Source: Vitreimonas sp. | GTDB taxonomy: Bacteria; Pseudomonadota; Alphaproteobacteria; Caulobacterales; Aquidulcibacteraceae | Assembly: GCA_035546515.1 (NCBI GenBank) | Contig: DASZWS010000125.1 | Coordinates: 1 to 53,075 of the forward strand | Direction: 5' to 3' | DNA length: 53,075 bases | Shown here: positions 17,999 to 28,550 of the stretch, piece by piece | Numbering within the stretch: the first letter of the stretch is position 1 | How the letters are laid out: each line of letters starts with the position of its first letter | Translations under genes and position numbers: made by a program | Notes under the pieces: model-generated | The model's database searches: none | What the model was told of the DNA's origin: nothing | What the model saw: only the letters and a program-made list of their open reading frames with translations

Positions 17999-20659
17999 AT
18001 GATCGAGACGACGTTCAATCCGAAGGCTGTGGAGCCCATCTGGAGCGAGGCCTGGGAGAAATCCGGCGCGTTCAAACCGAGCAATGCGCCAGGCGCGGAC
18101 CCGTTTTGCATTGTCATCCCGCCGCCGAACGTCACCGGTTCGCTGCACATTGGCCACGCGCTCAACAACACGCTGCAGGATATCCTCGTTCGCTTTGAGC
18201 GGCTGCGCGGCAAGAGCGTGCTCTGGCAGCCGGGCACCGACCACGCCGGCATCGCCACGCAGATGGTGGTGGAGCGACAGCTTGCGGCGGAAGGCAATAT
18301 CGGCCGCCGCGAGATGGGCCGAGAGGACTTTCTGAAACGCGTGTGGGCGTGGAAGGAAGAATCCGGCGGCACGATCTTCAAACAGCTGCGCCGCCTTGGC
18401 GCTTCGTGCGATTGGTCGCGTGAACGCTTCACCATGGATGAAGGGCTTTCAGCGGCGGTGCTGAAAGTGTTCGTGGCGCTGCACAAGGACGGGCTCATCT
18501 ACAAAGACAAGCGCCTGGTGAATTGGGATCCGCATTTCGAGACGGCGATCTCCGACCTCGAAGTCGTTAACAAGGAAACCAAGGGGCATATGTGGCGCAT
18601 CGCCTATCCGCTTGAGGACGGATCAGGCGAGATCGTGGTGGCGACGACGCGGCCGGAGACGATGCTGGGCGACGTCGCGGTGGCGGTGAATCCCAAGGAC
18701 GAGCGCTACCAATCCATGATCGGCAAGCAGGTGAAGCTGCCGCTCACAGGCCGGCTCATTCCGATCATCGCCGACGATTACGCCGATCCCGAAGCCGGGA
18801 CCGGCGCGGTGAAAATCACCCCGGCGCATGACTTCAACGACTTCAAGGTCGGCAAGCGTCACAACTTGCCGATGATCAACATCCTCACATCACGCGGCTT
18901 GCTGAACGACGACGTGCCGCTCCCCTATCGGAGATTGGATCGCAGCGTCGCGCGCGAGAAGGTGTTGCAGGATTTGGAAGCCGAGGGCCTACGTCGCGGC
19001 GAAGACAACATCACTCACACCGTGCCGCACGGCGATCGCTCCGGCGTGGTGGTGGAGCCGTGGCTGACGGACCAATGGTACGTTGACGCACCGAAGTTGG
19101 CGGTGGCGGCGATCGCTGCTGTCGAAGGAGGCAAGACAAAATTTACGCCGAAGAATTGGGAGAAGACCTACTTCGAGTGGATGCGCAACATCGAGCCATG
19201 GTGCGTGTCGCGCCAGCTTTGGTGGGGACACCGGATTCCGGCGTGGTACGGGCCGGAGGGCTCGATCTTCGTTGAAGAGAGTGAGACCGCGGCATTGGCG
19301 GCGGCGAGAGCAAAGTTCGGGCGCACCGTTGAACTCACGCGTGACGAAGACGTGCTCGACACCTGGTTTTCATCGGCGCTGTGGCCGTTCTCGACGCTCG
19401 GCTGGCCGCAGCAGACGCCGGAGTTGAAGACGTATTATCCAACGTCGATCCTGGTCACCGCGCACGACATCATCTTCTTCTGGGTTGCGCGGATGATGAT
19501 GATGGGCATGCACTTCATGAAGGAAGAGCCCTTCCATGAAGTTTACATCCACGCTCTCGTGCGCGACGCCACCGGCGCCAAGATGTCCAAGTCCAAGGGC
19601 AACACCATGGACCCCTTGGAGCTGATCGATAAGTTCGGGGCCGATGCGCTCCGTTTCACGCTGGCGGCGATGGCGGCGCAGGGGCGCGACATCAAGCTCA
19701 GCGAGCAGCGCATCGAAGGTTATCGCAATTTTGGCACCAAGCTCTGGAACGCCGCCCGCTTCGCGCAGATGAACGAGTGCGCGGTGTGGGATCAGTACGA
19801 TCCAGCCAGTCCGCAACAGACGGTCAACAAGTGGATTGTCGGCGAAACCGCAAAGGCCGTGGCCGATGTGACGCGCGAACTGGAAGCGCGGCGCTTCAAT
19901 GAAGCGGCGGGGGTGATGTATCGCTTCGTGTGGAACGTCTATTGCGACTGGTATCTCGAATTCATCAAGCCGCTGCTGAACGGTTCGGATGAAGAGGCCA
20001 AGCTGGAAACGCGGCGCACGGCGGCCTGGGTGCTGGATCAAATCCTGATCATGCTGCACCCGTTCATGCCGTTTATCACGGAGGAGCTGTGGGCGCGCAC
20101 CGGCGAGTACGGGCACAAGCGCTCCGGCATGCTGATCACCGAGGCCTGGCCGAAGCTTTCTGAAAAGCTGATTGATCCTACGGCCGAAGCCGAGATCAAC
20201 TGGATGATCGATCTGATCGCGGAGACGCGCTCGACGCGCTCGCAGCTCAACGTGCCGGCGGGCGCGAAGATTCCGCTGCTGCTGATCGGCGCTGATCGCG
20301 ACGGCGAGGCGCGGCTGGAACGCTACCAGGAGTTGATCGACCGGATGGCGCGGCTGGAATACTCCACCAGCGCCAAGGACGCGCCGAAAGGTTCGGTGAC
20401 GTTTGTGCTCGCGGGCGCAACGGTGGCGTTGCCGCTCGAAGGCGTGGTCGACTTGCCGGCGGAGACGGCGCGGCTGACTAAGGAAATCGCCAAGCTTGAG
20501 GCCGAGGTGAAGAAGATGGACCAGCGCCTGGGCAACGCCGACTACGTGGCGCGCGCGCCCGAAGAGATTGTCGAAGAGTTGCGCGAACGCCGTGAAGAAG
20601 AGGCGGCTTCAGCGGAGAAGCTCAAAGCAGCGCTGAAGCAAATTCAGGGTGCGGCCTGA
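17999..20659 (+). CDS. valS: Valine--tRNA ligase
   Basis: PPPNVTGSLHIGH, KMSKS, WCVSRQLWWGH, C-terminal coiled coil. Confidence 0.98.
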   Translation: MIETTFNPKAVEPIWSEAWEKSGAFKPSNAPGADPFCIVIPPPNVTGSLHIGHALNNTLQDILVRFERLRGKSVLWQPGTDHAGIATQMVVERQLAAEGNIGRREMGREDFLKRVWAWKEESGGTIFKQLRRLGASCDWSRERFTMDEGLSAAVLKVFVALHKDGLIYKDKRLVNWDPHFETAISDLEVVNKETKGHMWRIAYPLEDGSGEIVVATTRPETMLGDVAVAVNPKDERYQSMIGKQVKLPLTGRLIPIIADDYADPEAGTGAVKITPAHDFNDFKVGKRHNLPMINILTSRGLLNDDVPLPYRRLDRSVAREKVLQDLEAEGLRRGEDNITHTVPHGDRSGVVVEPWLTDQWYVDAPKLAVAAIAAVEGGKTKFTPKNWEKTYFEWMRNIEPWCVSRQLWWGHRIPAWYGPEGSIFVEESETAALAAARAKFGRTVELTRDEDVLDTWFSSALWPFSTLGWPQQTPELKTYYPTSILVTAHDIIFFWVARMMMMGMHFMKEEPFHEVYIHALVRDATGAKMSKSKGNTMDPLELIDKFGADALRFTLAAMAAQGRDIKLSEQRIEGYRNFGTKLWNAARFAQMNECAVWDQYDPASPQQTVNKWIVGETAKAVADVTRELEARRFNEAAGVMYRFVWNVYCDWYLEFIKPLLNGSDEEAKLETRRTAAWVLDQILIMLHPFMPFITEELWARTGEYGHKRSGMLITEAWPKLSEKLIDPTAEAEINWMIDLIAETRSTRSQLNVPAGAKIPLLLIGADRDGEARLERYQELIDRMARLEYSTSAKDAPKGSVTFVLAGATVALPLEGVVDLPAETARLTKEIAKLEAEVKKMDQRLGNADYVARAPEEIVEELRERREEEAASAEKLKAALKQIQGAA

Positions 20660-21618
20660 TGCGCATTTTCATCACCGGCGCTTCCGGCTTCGTCGGGGGC
20701 GCGGCGGCGCGGTATTTCGTCGGCAAGGGCCACGACGTGCGCGCCATGTCGCGCTCAGAAAAGTCTGACGCCATCATCAACGCCTTGCACGCAACACCGG
20801 TGCGCTGTGATCTGGAGAGCGTGACGCCCGCTAGCATCGGCAACGCCGAGGCGGTGGTGCATTGCGCTGCGTTTGTTGAGCAATGGGGACCGAAGGACGC
20901 TTGGAAGCGCTTCAACGTCGATGGCACAGCGCGTATGCTGGCGGCGGCGAAAGCGGCGGGCGTGAAGCGCTTCATCCACATCAGCACCGAATCTGTGCTG
21001 TGGAAGGGGCAGTCGCTCAACAACGTCGACGAAACCTATCCGCTCGCGCTCAATTCCCCCTATCCGTATTCCTGGACCAAAGCGCAGGCCGAGGTGCTGG
21101 TGCAGAAGGCCAACACGCCGGACTTCCAGACCATCATTCTGCGGCCGCGCTTCATTTGGGGTCCGGGCGACACCACCTTGCTGCCGCTGATCGAACACAT
21201 GGCCAAGACCGGGGGCTGGATGTGGGTCAATCACGGCAAGGCACAAACATCGACCACGCACATTGCCAATCTTGTGCACGCGATTGATCTCGCGCTTACC
21301 CAAGGCAAGGGCGGGGAAGCTTACTTCATTCTCGATGATGGCGTGCGCTCCATGCATGAGATGATCTCCGGCATGGCGGCGTCGCGCGGCATCACCCTGC
21401 CGGAAAAGAGCATTTCCGGGGGCATGGCCGATTTCATCGGCAGTACGTGTGAGTTCGTCTGGGGCACGTTCGGTTTGAAGAGCGACCCGCCGCTGACGCG
21501 CTTTTCGGCGATGATCATGTCGCGCGACAGCGTGCTCAACGACGCCAAAGCCCGGCGTGAGATGGGCTACGCGCCAGTGATCTCGGTCGAGGACGGCCTG
21601 CGGCAGCTCGCCGCGTAG
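20659..21618 (+). CDS. NAD-dependent epimerase/dehydratase (3-beta-HSD-like extended SDR)
   Basis: ITGASGFVG, YSWTK (YxxxK), LRPRFIWGPGD. Confidence 0.88.
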   Translation: MRIFITGASGFVGGAAARYFVGKGHDVRAMSRSEKSDAIINALHATPVRCDLESVTPASIGNAEAVVHCAAFVEQWGPKDAWKRFNVDGTARMLAAAKAAGVKRFIHISTESVLWKGQSLNNVDETYPLALNSPYPYSWTKAQAEVLVQKANTPDFQTIILRPRFIWGPGDTTLLPLIEHMAKTGGWMWVNHGKAQTSTTHIANLVHAIDLALTQGKGGEAYFILDDGVRSMHEMISGMAASRGITLPEKSISGGMADFIGSTCEFVWGTFGLKSDPPLTRFSAMIMSRDSVLNDAKARREMGYAPVISVEDGLRQLAA

Positions 21619-21620
21619 CG

Positions 21621-21646
21621 GGAACCAGTTGATTTCAGCGCGCGTT
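21621..21646 (+). promoter_or_regulatory. Candidate EcfG/sigmaT promoter of cfa
   Basis: GGAAC-N17-CGTT, 31 nt before ATG 21678. Confidence 0.55.
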
Positions 21647-21677
21647 TCTCGGTCGGCCCAGACGACTAAGGCGCCCC

Positions 21678-22874
21678 ATGCTGCAAAACCTCCTGAGTTC
21701 AATATTCCGCGACGGGCAAATCATGGTGCGCGCGCCGAATGGCGCGCTCTACGCCGCCAACGGCGCGCGCGACGCCGATTGTCCGCTGATCGTTCATATC
21801 CGCGACAACAAGACTCTGTGGCGCATCCTGCGTCATCCCGAGCTCGCTGTCGGCGAAGCGTACATGGACGGCGGCTTTGTCGTTGAACGCGGCACGATCT
21901 ACGATTTCCTGGCGCTGGCGGCGCGCAACGGCCGCAACGTGAAGCAGCGTCGGCGGAGTATGACGCACAAGAATCCGCGCAAAGCGTCGCGCAAAAACGT
22001 CGCCCACCACTACGATCTTTCAGGCGACCTCTATCGACTCTTCCTAGACGCGGACCGGCAATATTCTTGCGCGTATTTCGCGCAGCCGGACATGACGATT
22101 GATGAAGCGCAGATCGCCAAGAAGCGTCATCTCGCCGCCAAACTCCTGGTCGAGCCGGGCCAGAAGGTGCTGGATATCGGATCGGGCTGGGGCGGCTTGG
22201 CGCTGACATTGGCGGAAGAGTACGGCGCTGACGTCACCGGTGTGACGCTTTCGACAGAGCAGCTGGAAGAGTCACGCATGCGAGCCGCGAGACGCGGCCT
22301 GCAGGCGCGGGCACGCTTTGATCTGCGCGACTACCGCGATTTGCAAGGCACGTTCGACCGCATCATCTCGGTCGGCATGTTCGAGCACGTTGGCCCTGCG
22401 CACTATCAGGAATTCTTCGATACCGTCGCAGCGCGGCTGGATGAAAAAGGCGTGGCCGTCGTTCACACCATCGGCAATTTCCGAGGACCCAGCCGTAACA
22501 ATCCCTGGATTGAGAAATATATCTTCCCAGGCGGCATGATCCCCGCGCTGTCGCAAATTACGCCGGCGGTTGAGCGTTCTGGGCTCATCATCACCGACGT
22601 CGAAATCTTGCGCCTGCACTACGCCGAGACGCTGAAGGCGTGGCGCGAGCGCTTCGTGGCGCATTGGGATGAGGTGCGTGCGCTCTATGATGAGAGTTTC
22701 TGCCGTATGTGGGAGTTTTATCTGGCGGGCGCTGAAGCCGGATTCCGGGAGGGGGATCTGGCGGTCTTCCAAATTCAAATGGCGAAAGACCGCAACGTCG
22801 TGCCGCTGACGCGCGACTACATCACCGACGCCGATCGCGCGGAGCCGACGGCGCACCGCATCGCCGCAGAATAG
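21678..22874 (+). CDS. cfa: Cyclopropane-fatty-acyl-phospholipid synthase family
   Basis: HHYDLS, YSCAYF, VLDIGSGWG, SVGMFEHVG, KYIFPGG, RMWEFYL. Confidence 0.92.
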   Translation: MLQNLLSSIFRDGQIMVRAPNGALYAANGARDADCPLIVHIRDNKTLWRILRHPELAVGEAYMDGGFVVERGTIYDFLALAARNGRNVKQRRRSMTHKNPRKASRKNVAHHYDLSGDLYRLFLDADRQYSCAYFAQPDMTIDEAQIAKKRHLAAKLLVEPGQKVLDIGSGWGGLALTLAEEYGADVTGVTLSTEQLEESRMRAARRGLQARARFDLRDYRDLQGTFDRIISVGMFEHVGPAHYQEFFDTVAARLDEKGVAVVHTIGNFRGPSRNNPWIEKYIFPGGMIPALSQITPAVERSGLIITDVEILRLHYAETLKAWRERFVAHWDEVRALYDESFCRMWEFYLAGAEAGFREGDLAVFQIQMAKDRNVVPLTRDYITDADRAEPTAHRIAAE

Positions 22875-22911
22875 CATTGCCAAGGACGCAGCCCGGCTCT
22901 AGCTCGCGCGC

Positions 22912-23622
22912 ATGGCAAAGAACTCACCCTTGCGCATGCTCGGCCTGATCGGCGGCATCAGCTGGGAATCGACGACGCACTACTATCAGCTGCTGAACCG
23001 GCTGGCGCGAGAGCGCCTGGGCGGCAAGCATTCCGCACGCCTCCTGCTGTGGTCTGTCGATTTCGCGCCAATCGCCGAGATGCAGGACGCGGGCGCGTGG
23101 CGCGATCTGACAGCGATCATGATCGACGCCGCCAAGCGGCTTGAGGGCGCAGGCGCGGAGGCGTTGGTGATCTGCGCCAACACCATGCATCTGATGGCCG
23201 ATGAGGTGCAGGCGGCAATCGGCATTCCACTCATTCACATTGCCGATGTGACCGCGGCGGCGCTGAAGGCGAAGGGTTCGCGCCGGCCCGTGCTGTTGGC
23301 GACGCGCTTCACCATGGAGCAGGCATTTTATCGCGAGCGTTTGGCGCGCAGCGGCATTGAGGCCATCGTGCCAAATGAAGCCGATCGCGCCGAATTGCAT
23401 CGGATCATCTTTGAGGAACTGGTGCAGGGGAAATTTCTTGACGCCTCGCGCGCTAGATTGGTCGAGGTGGTGAAGCGCGAACAGGCCAACGGCGCCGATG
23501 GCGTGATCCTTGGATGCACCGAGTTCGGCATGCTGGCGCCGCCGTCGGCGTTCGATTTGCCCGCGGTCGATACCGCTGAAGCGCATGCGGAGGCCGCCAT
23601 CGCCTTTGCGCTAGGCCGTTAA
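22912..23622 (+). CDS. Aspartate/amino-acid racemase (YgeA/RacX-like)
   Basis: GLIGGISWEST, CANTMH, ILGCTE. Confidence 0.9.
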   Translation: MAKNSPLRMLGLIGGISWESTTHYYQLLNRLARERLGGKHSARLLLWSVDFAPIAEMQDAGAWRDLTAIMIDAAKRLEGAGAEALVICANTMHLMADEVQAAIGIPLIHIADVTAAALKAKGSRRPVLLATRFTMEQAFYRERLARSGIEAIVPNEADRAELHRIIFEELVQGKFLDASRARLVEVVKREQANGADGVILGCTEFGMLAPPSAFDLPAVDTAEAHAEAAIAFALGR

Positions 23623-24617
23623 GGCGCGTCGATGATGGCGCCGCGGCCGGCTTCGTCGCCAGCGGCCATGCGTCTGCCGTCGTCGCTCCAGGAAAGTGCG
23701 CTCACTGCGCCTTCCCCAGGCTCATCCAGTTCGATCACGGCTTGATCGGCGAAGCGCGCCAGCCACACCGCGCCGTCGCTATAGCCGATCGCCAATATCT
23801 CCTCACTCGGATGAAACGCGACAGCGGTGACCAGCTTTTCATCGCGCGGAATGAGCTGCAATGGCGCTTTGCCTTGCGGGCCGCTCTTGCCGACGAAGGG
23901 CCAGACGATGGCGCTATCGGCGCCCGAGGTAGCGAGCCAGCGCCCGCGCTTGTCCCACGAGAACGAGCGCGTTTTCGCGGGGTAGCCATCCATGCGCAGG
24001 TCAAGTTTGTCCGGCAAGCGCCAGCCGTGCAGCGCGTTCTCCTGCATGCCGGTGATGACGTAATCGGCGTCCGGCGAAATCGTCACCGCCAGATGCGAGC
24101 CGGCCCAATTCAGAGCTGAGCCTTTGTCGTCTGGGGTCAAGACGTAACGCAATGTCGCGCCGCCATAGTGCGTCGCGGCCAGGCGGCGGCCTTTGGCGTC
24201 GAGCGCCAATCCGCCAATGGTGGATGCGTGCGTGAAGCGGTGCGCCTCCTGGCCGTCGCGGAAAACCACCGCTTCCTTGCCGACGCCCGCGACGATCAGA
24301 TTGAGCGCAGAGTGGCTGACGACGTGATCCACCCACTTACGCAGCGTCGCGATCGGCGTGACGTCGCCGGCGGGAGAAATCGCGTTGAGCTTGCCGTCGT
24401 CGCCGCCGGTGACGATGCGGGCGCGGTCGGGGTGCAACGCGCTGCTCAAGATCACGCCGTTATGCGCTTCAATGCGTTTGCTCTCACCTTCGCGCGTTGT
24501 GGCGACAACGGCGCCGTCGCCAAGCGCGAACAAGGCTTGGTCGCCGATCCAGTGGGCCGACGTGGCGGGTGCGCCGAGCGCCAGACGCCGGCCAGCTTCG
24601 TAAACGCGCGCTGTCAC
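23619..24617 (-). CDS. WD40-repeat beta-propeller protein
   Basis: Repeated units such as VTGGDDG, LATSGAD..VW, LAIGYSDG.VW; GTGA overlap with the CobW stop. Confidence 0.85.
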   Translation of the reverse strand: MTARVYEAGRRLALGAPATSAHWIGDQALFALGDGAVVATTREGESKRIEAHNGVILSSALHPDRARIVTGGDDGKLNAISPAGDVTPIATLRKWVDHVVSHSALNLIVAGVGKEAVVFRDGQEAHRFTHASTIGGLALDAKGRRLAATHYGGATLRYVLTPDDKGSALNWAGSHLAVTISPDADYVITGMQENALHGWRLPDKLDLRMDGYPAKTRSFSWDKRGRWLATSGADSAIVWPFVGKSGPQGKAPLQLIPRDEKLVTAVAFHPSEEILAIGYSDGAVWLARFADQAVIELDEPGEGAVSALSWSDDGRRMAAGDEAGRGAIIDAP

Positions 24618-25648
24618 GCCGCGCACGCCGCGAAGCCGCGCTCAAGTGCGGCGCGGTCGAGGTTCTTGCCGATGAACACGAGCCGCGAGACGCGCTTTTC
24701 GTCGGGGCGCCAATCGCGCTGCGTATCGCCCTCAACGATCATGTGCACGCCCTGGATCACGAAGCGCTTCGGTTCGTCCGGAAAGGCGATGATGCCTTTG
24801 AGGCGGAGAATGTCCGGGCCTTGCTTCTGGGTCAGTTCGTTGACCCACGGCAATAGCTTTTCCGGATTCATCGGCTTGTCGCTCGCAAGCGAGATCGAGG
24901 TGATGCCGGCCGCGGCCACGTGATCATCGTGGTCGTGATGATGATGGTGGCCATGGTGATCATGGTCATGATCGTGGTGCGCGCAGCTATCGTCGCAATC
25001 GTGGCCGGGCAGGAAATGAGGATCGATCTCGGTGACGCGGTCCAGATCGAAGGCCCCGAGATCGAGGATGGCGTCGAGATTGATATCGCCGCGCGTCATT
25101 CGGTGAATGCGCGCCGTCGCGTTGATGTTGCGGATTTGACGTTCCAACGACGCCAGGTCTTCCTTAGAGACCAGATCGGTCTTGTTCAGCAGGATCACGT
25201 CTGCGAACGCCACTTGCTCCACCGCTTCTTCCTGCGACGCCATTTGTTCGCGCGCGTGCTTGGCGTCGACCACCGTTACGATTGCATCCAATTTGGTCTT
25301 GGCGCGCACATCGGCGTCGGCAAAGAAGGTTTGCGCGACGGGCGCCGGTTTTGCCAAACCTGTCGTTTCCACCAGGATGGCGTCGAAGCGGCCTTTGCGT
25401 TTCATCAGCCCTTCGATGATGCGGATGAGATCGCCGCGCACCGTGCAGCAGACGCAGCCGTTGTTCATCTCGAACACTTCCTCGTCGGCGTCGACGATCA
25501 GGTCGTTGTCGATGCCGATTTCGCCGAACTCGTTGACGATGATGGCGTATTTCTTGCCGTGCTGCTCGGTGAGGATGCGGTTCAAAAGCGTGGTTTTGCC
25601 CGCGCCCAAGAAGCCTGTGAGCACGGTGACGGGAACTGGATCGGTCAT
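24614..25648 (-). CDS. COG0523/CobW family GTPase metallochaperone
   Basis: TGFLGAGKTT, NEFGE, GCVCC, ETTG, NKTD, His-rich linker. Confidence 0.93.
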   Translation of the reverse strand: MTDPVPVTVLTGFLGAGKTTLLNRILTEQHGKKYAIIVNEFGEIGIDNDLIVDADEEVFEMNNGCVCCTVRGDLIRIIEGLMKRKGRFDAILVETTGLAKPAPVAQTFFADADVRAKTKLDAIVTVVDAKHAREQMASQEEAVEQVAFADVILLNKTDLVSKEDLASLERQIRNINATARIHRMTRGDINLDAILDLGAFDLDRVTEIDPHFLPGHDCDDSCAHHDHDHDHHGHHHHHDHDDHVAAAGITSISLASDKPMNPEKLLPWVNELTQKQGPDILRLKGIIAFPDEPKRFVIQGVHMIVEGDTQRDWRPDEKRVSRLVFIGKNLDRAALERGFAACAA

Positions 25649-25719
25649 GGCCCCTAGATAGCTATTCCGGCGGCTTGCGCCAGCGGCTAGGTTGGCGGGG
25701 TCGAAGGGGACGAGACGCC

Positions 25720-27705
25720 ATGATGAAGGCCTGGTGGCACTGGGTTATCGTAATCCTGGGCTCGGTTGTGGCCGTGGCTCTCTTGGCCGCAGGGGCGCTG
25801 GCTTATCTGGTGCTCCGTCTGGACGTGCGCGGCGAGATCGAGCGCGCGGTGGAGAACGCGACAGGGCGTCAGCTTACGATTCAAGGTGATGTCGGCGTCA
25901 GCTATTGGCCGGTGCTTGGCTTACGCGCGACCAAGACGACGCTGGCGAACGTGCCCGGCGGGCGCGCGCCGGCGTTCAGCACCTCCGACGAGATCGACAT
26001 TGGCGTTGAACTGCAGCCGCTGCTGAACCGGCAGGTGGTGGTGCGCAATCTTGTGCTGCAGCGCCCGCATATCGCGCTGGAAGTCGACGCGGCCGGCAAG
26101 CCAAACTGGATTTTTTCGCCGCCCGTGCGTCCCGCGCCGGCGCCACCGGCCACACCCACGACGACGCACGCGCCGACCCGTTCGACGGTCGATGTCGCTC
26201 AGACGAGCTTGCGTGAGGTGCGCGTCGTCGATGGCGAAGTGACGTATTACGATGCGCGTCACGGCACAGGCTGGGGCATTGGCGCCGTCAATGTCACCAC
26301 GGCGGTCAACGCGCTCAATCAGCCGGTCCGCTTCGTGGGCGATCTCAAATACAACGACCGGCAGTTGCAGCTCGATATGTCGATCGGCAATCCCGGCGCG
26401 ATGATGCGGGGACAGCCGACGCCGCTCACCATCGGCGTACACAGCGATCTCCTGATCGCAACCTTCACAGGCCAGGCCGGTGCGGCCGGCGCGTTGAATG
26501 GACAGTTGCTCGCCTCGGGCCCCAGCTTGCGCCAGTTCGCGGCATGGGTGGGAACGCCGATCCAAGGCGGCGTGGGGCTAGAGCATTTCGACGTGAACGG
26601 CTTGCTCGCCACCGGGGACGGCGAGTTCAATTTCAGCAATGCGGGCTTCGCTGTCGATGCGTTGCGCGGGCGGGGCGATTTCGCCATCTCGCAGAGGCGC
26701 GGAAAGCCCTACATTAGCGGGCGCCTGCAGCTCTTCGATTTCGACATGAACCCGTATTTGCTCGGGCATGCACCGCCGAAGCCCGCTGCGGTGAATGCTC
26801 CCGCGCCGGCGCCGTTGCCACCAGAAAGTGCGCCGCTGGCGGCGCAAACCATCGTGCCAAATGCGCAAATCGCTGTGGTCGCGCCGCCGCCACGCGCCGT
26901 TGACGTCCAAGGCGCGCCCAGTGCGGCGCCGATCGATTTCTCCGGTCTGCAAGCCTTCAACGCCGACTTGGATCTAACGACTGCGGCAGTGCTAGTGCAG
27001 CACACACGCTTTGACGCGGCCCGGCTCAGCGTCGTTATCAACGACGGCTACCTCGCGGCGACGATCCAGACGTTGAACCTCTATGGGGGGACGGGTCACG
27101 GCCGCTTTGAAATCGACGCCCGCCAGCCCGATGCGCGCATAAACGAGCAGATGAGCTTTGATGGCATCCAGGCGCTGCCGTTCCTGACCGATGCGGTGAA
27201 CTTCACCAACATCGAAGGCAAAGCCGAGATCACCGCCTCTTTGCGCACGCACGGCCGCACCGTAAGCGATTTGATCACGCACGCTGATGGCCAAACCCAC
27301 GTTGAGGTGATTTCCGGTGTTCTCCACGGCGTCGACATGGGCGGGGTTTCGCGCACGATCAACAACGCGTTGCGCGGCGAGTTGATAGCGCCTGAAGCGC
27401 GCACGCCTTTCCAAGGCTTTTCGGGTACGTTCGCGATCGCCAATGGGGTCCTCGCCAGCGACGATCTGCGCTTCAACACCAGCGATCTGCGCATTCCGGG
27501 CATCGTGGTAATCGACTTCCCCGCCAAGCGTCTTGACTTGCGGGTAGTGCCGCAGTCGCCGCGCGGCAATCTGTTCGTCATCCCGTTTTCAGCGCGCGGC
27601 CCTTGGGGTCAGCTTCAGTATGATAGCGATGTTAGCGGCAGGGCGTTGCGTGCGATCCAGCCGCGCGTGCGCGAAGTGCAAGCGGCCAGCCGCGCCAACG
27701 ATTGA
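25720..27705 (+). CDS. AsmA family protein
   Basis: N-terminal TM segment, VENATGRQLTIQG, LQPLL..VVVRNLVLQRP; AsmA-like C-terminus (LYGG, F.IANGV). Confidence 0.85.
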   Translation: MMKAWWHWVIVILGSVVAVALLAAGALAYLVLRLDVRGEIERAVENATGRQLTIQGDVGVSYWPVLGLRATKTTLANVPGGRAPAFSTSDEIDIGVELQPLLNRQVVVRNLVLQRPHIALEVDAAGKPNWIFSPPVRPAPAPPATPTTTHAPTRSTVDVAQTSLREVRVVDGEVTYYDARHGTGWGIGAVNVTTAVNALNQPVRFVGDLKYNDRQLQLDMSIGNPGAMMRGQPTPLTIGVHSDLLIATFTGQAGAAGALNGQLLASGPSLRQFAAWVGTPIQGGVGLEHFDVNGLLATGDGEFNFSNAGFAVDALRGRGDFAISQRRGKPYISGRLQLFDFDMNPYLLGHAPPKPAAVNAPAPAPLPPESAPLAAQTIVPNAQIAVVAPPPRAVDVQGAPSAAPIDFSGLQAFNADLDLTTAAVLVQHTRFDAARLSVVINDGYLAATIQTLNLYGGTGHGRFEIDARQPDARINEQMSFDGIQALPFLTDAVNFTNIEGKAEITASLRTHGRTVSDLITHADGQTHVEVISGVLHGVDMGGVSRTINNALRGELIAPEARTPFQGFSGTFAIANGVLASDDLRFNTSDLRIPGIVVIDFPAKRLDLRVVPQSPRGNLFVIPFSARGPWGQLQYDSDVSGRALRAIQPRVREVQAASRAND

Positions 27706-27720
27706 CGTCCAGGTGCTCTT

Positions 27721-28443
27721 CTAATCCATGAATTGCGAAGCTGTGAGGCCGGCGCGTCGCTGCATCATCTCGCGCAACCGATCAATGTCGCAGATGGTGA
27801 GTTGCCGGCGCGCCGCTTTGATGATGCCTTCCGCGGCGATAATGCGCAGTTCGCGTGTGACCACCTCGCGCTGAGCGCCGACCGTGGCGGCCAATGTTTC
27901 GTGCGTGGGTGCGTTGCGGATCAGCACGCCGTCCGCTGTTTGCTCGCCATCGCGGGCGAGGCGCAGCAATTCCGCGTAGATTCTGAACCGCACCTCGAGC
28001 GTCGCCAGCTCAAAAACGCGGTCGCTGAGATGCACGACGCTGCGCGCGAGGAACTTCGCGAGGTCCAACGCAAATGTGGAATTGCGACGGAACGTTTCCA
28101 TGAACGTCTCGGCAGCGCACTCAGCGATCACGCCAGCGGTCTCGGCCATCACATTGGTTGTGCGTGGCGCCCCGGTCAGCGCCGCCAGCTCTCCGAAATG
28201 GCTTCCGGGCTGCAGCTTGCGGAAGGCCACCGGCCGCCCGGCCGCGGTGACCAAGCCTACCTGAAATACACCCTCTGAGATGAAGTAGATGTTCCGCTCT
28301 TTGCTCAAGTGACTGACGACCACCTGGCCTGGCCGCACCGTAGTCCAGGTTAGATCTACCGCGAGCGCCTCCAGCTCCGGCTGCGTGAGGGAGCTCAGAA
28401 TGGCGATCTTGCCAAGGCGTTCACACGCCTCCTTCAGCTGCAT
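27721..28443 (-). CDS. Crp/Fnr family transcriptional regulator (canonical cNMP pocket)
   Basis: HFGELAALTGAPRTTNV phosphate-binding cassette; HTH PTHETLAATVGAQREVVTR; GGGAGA RBS. Confidence 0.9.
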   Translation of the reverse strand: MQLKEACERLGKIAILSSLTQPELEALAVDLTWTTVRPGQVVVSHLSKERNIYFISEGVFQVGLVTAAGRPVAFRKLQPGSHFGELAALTGAPRTTNVMAETAGVIAECAAETFMETFRRNSTFALDLAKFLARSVVHLSDRVFELATLEVRFRIYAELLRLARDGEQTADGVLIRNAPTHETLAATVGAQREVVTRELRIIAAEGIIKAARRQLTICDIDRLREMMQRRAGLTASQFMD

Positions 28444-28486
28444 TCTCCCCACCTTTGCTGCCCTGCGTCCGAGTTGTACCGGACTC

Positions 28487-28502
28487 GGTGAGAAATATCA
28501 CA
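28487..28502. promoter_or_regulatory. CRP-like box in a divergent promoter
   Basis: GGTGA-GAAATA-TCACA. Confidence 0.6.
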
Positions 28503-28550
28503 TGGAGAATACGCGGCACTTCTGATGTCATTCGACGAGGAGGTGTCCTC

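Noticed and set aside
24915-24995. TGA/TGG-rich repetitive tract
   Set aside because: It is the normal His-rich linker of COG0523 proteins on the minus strand
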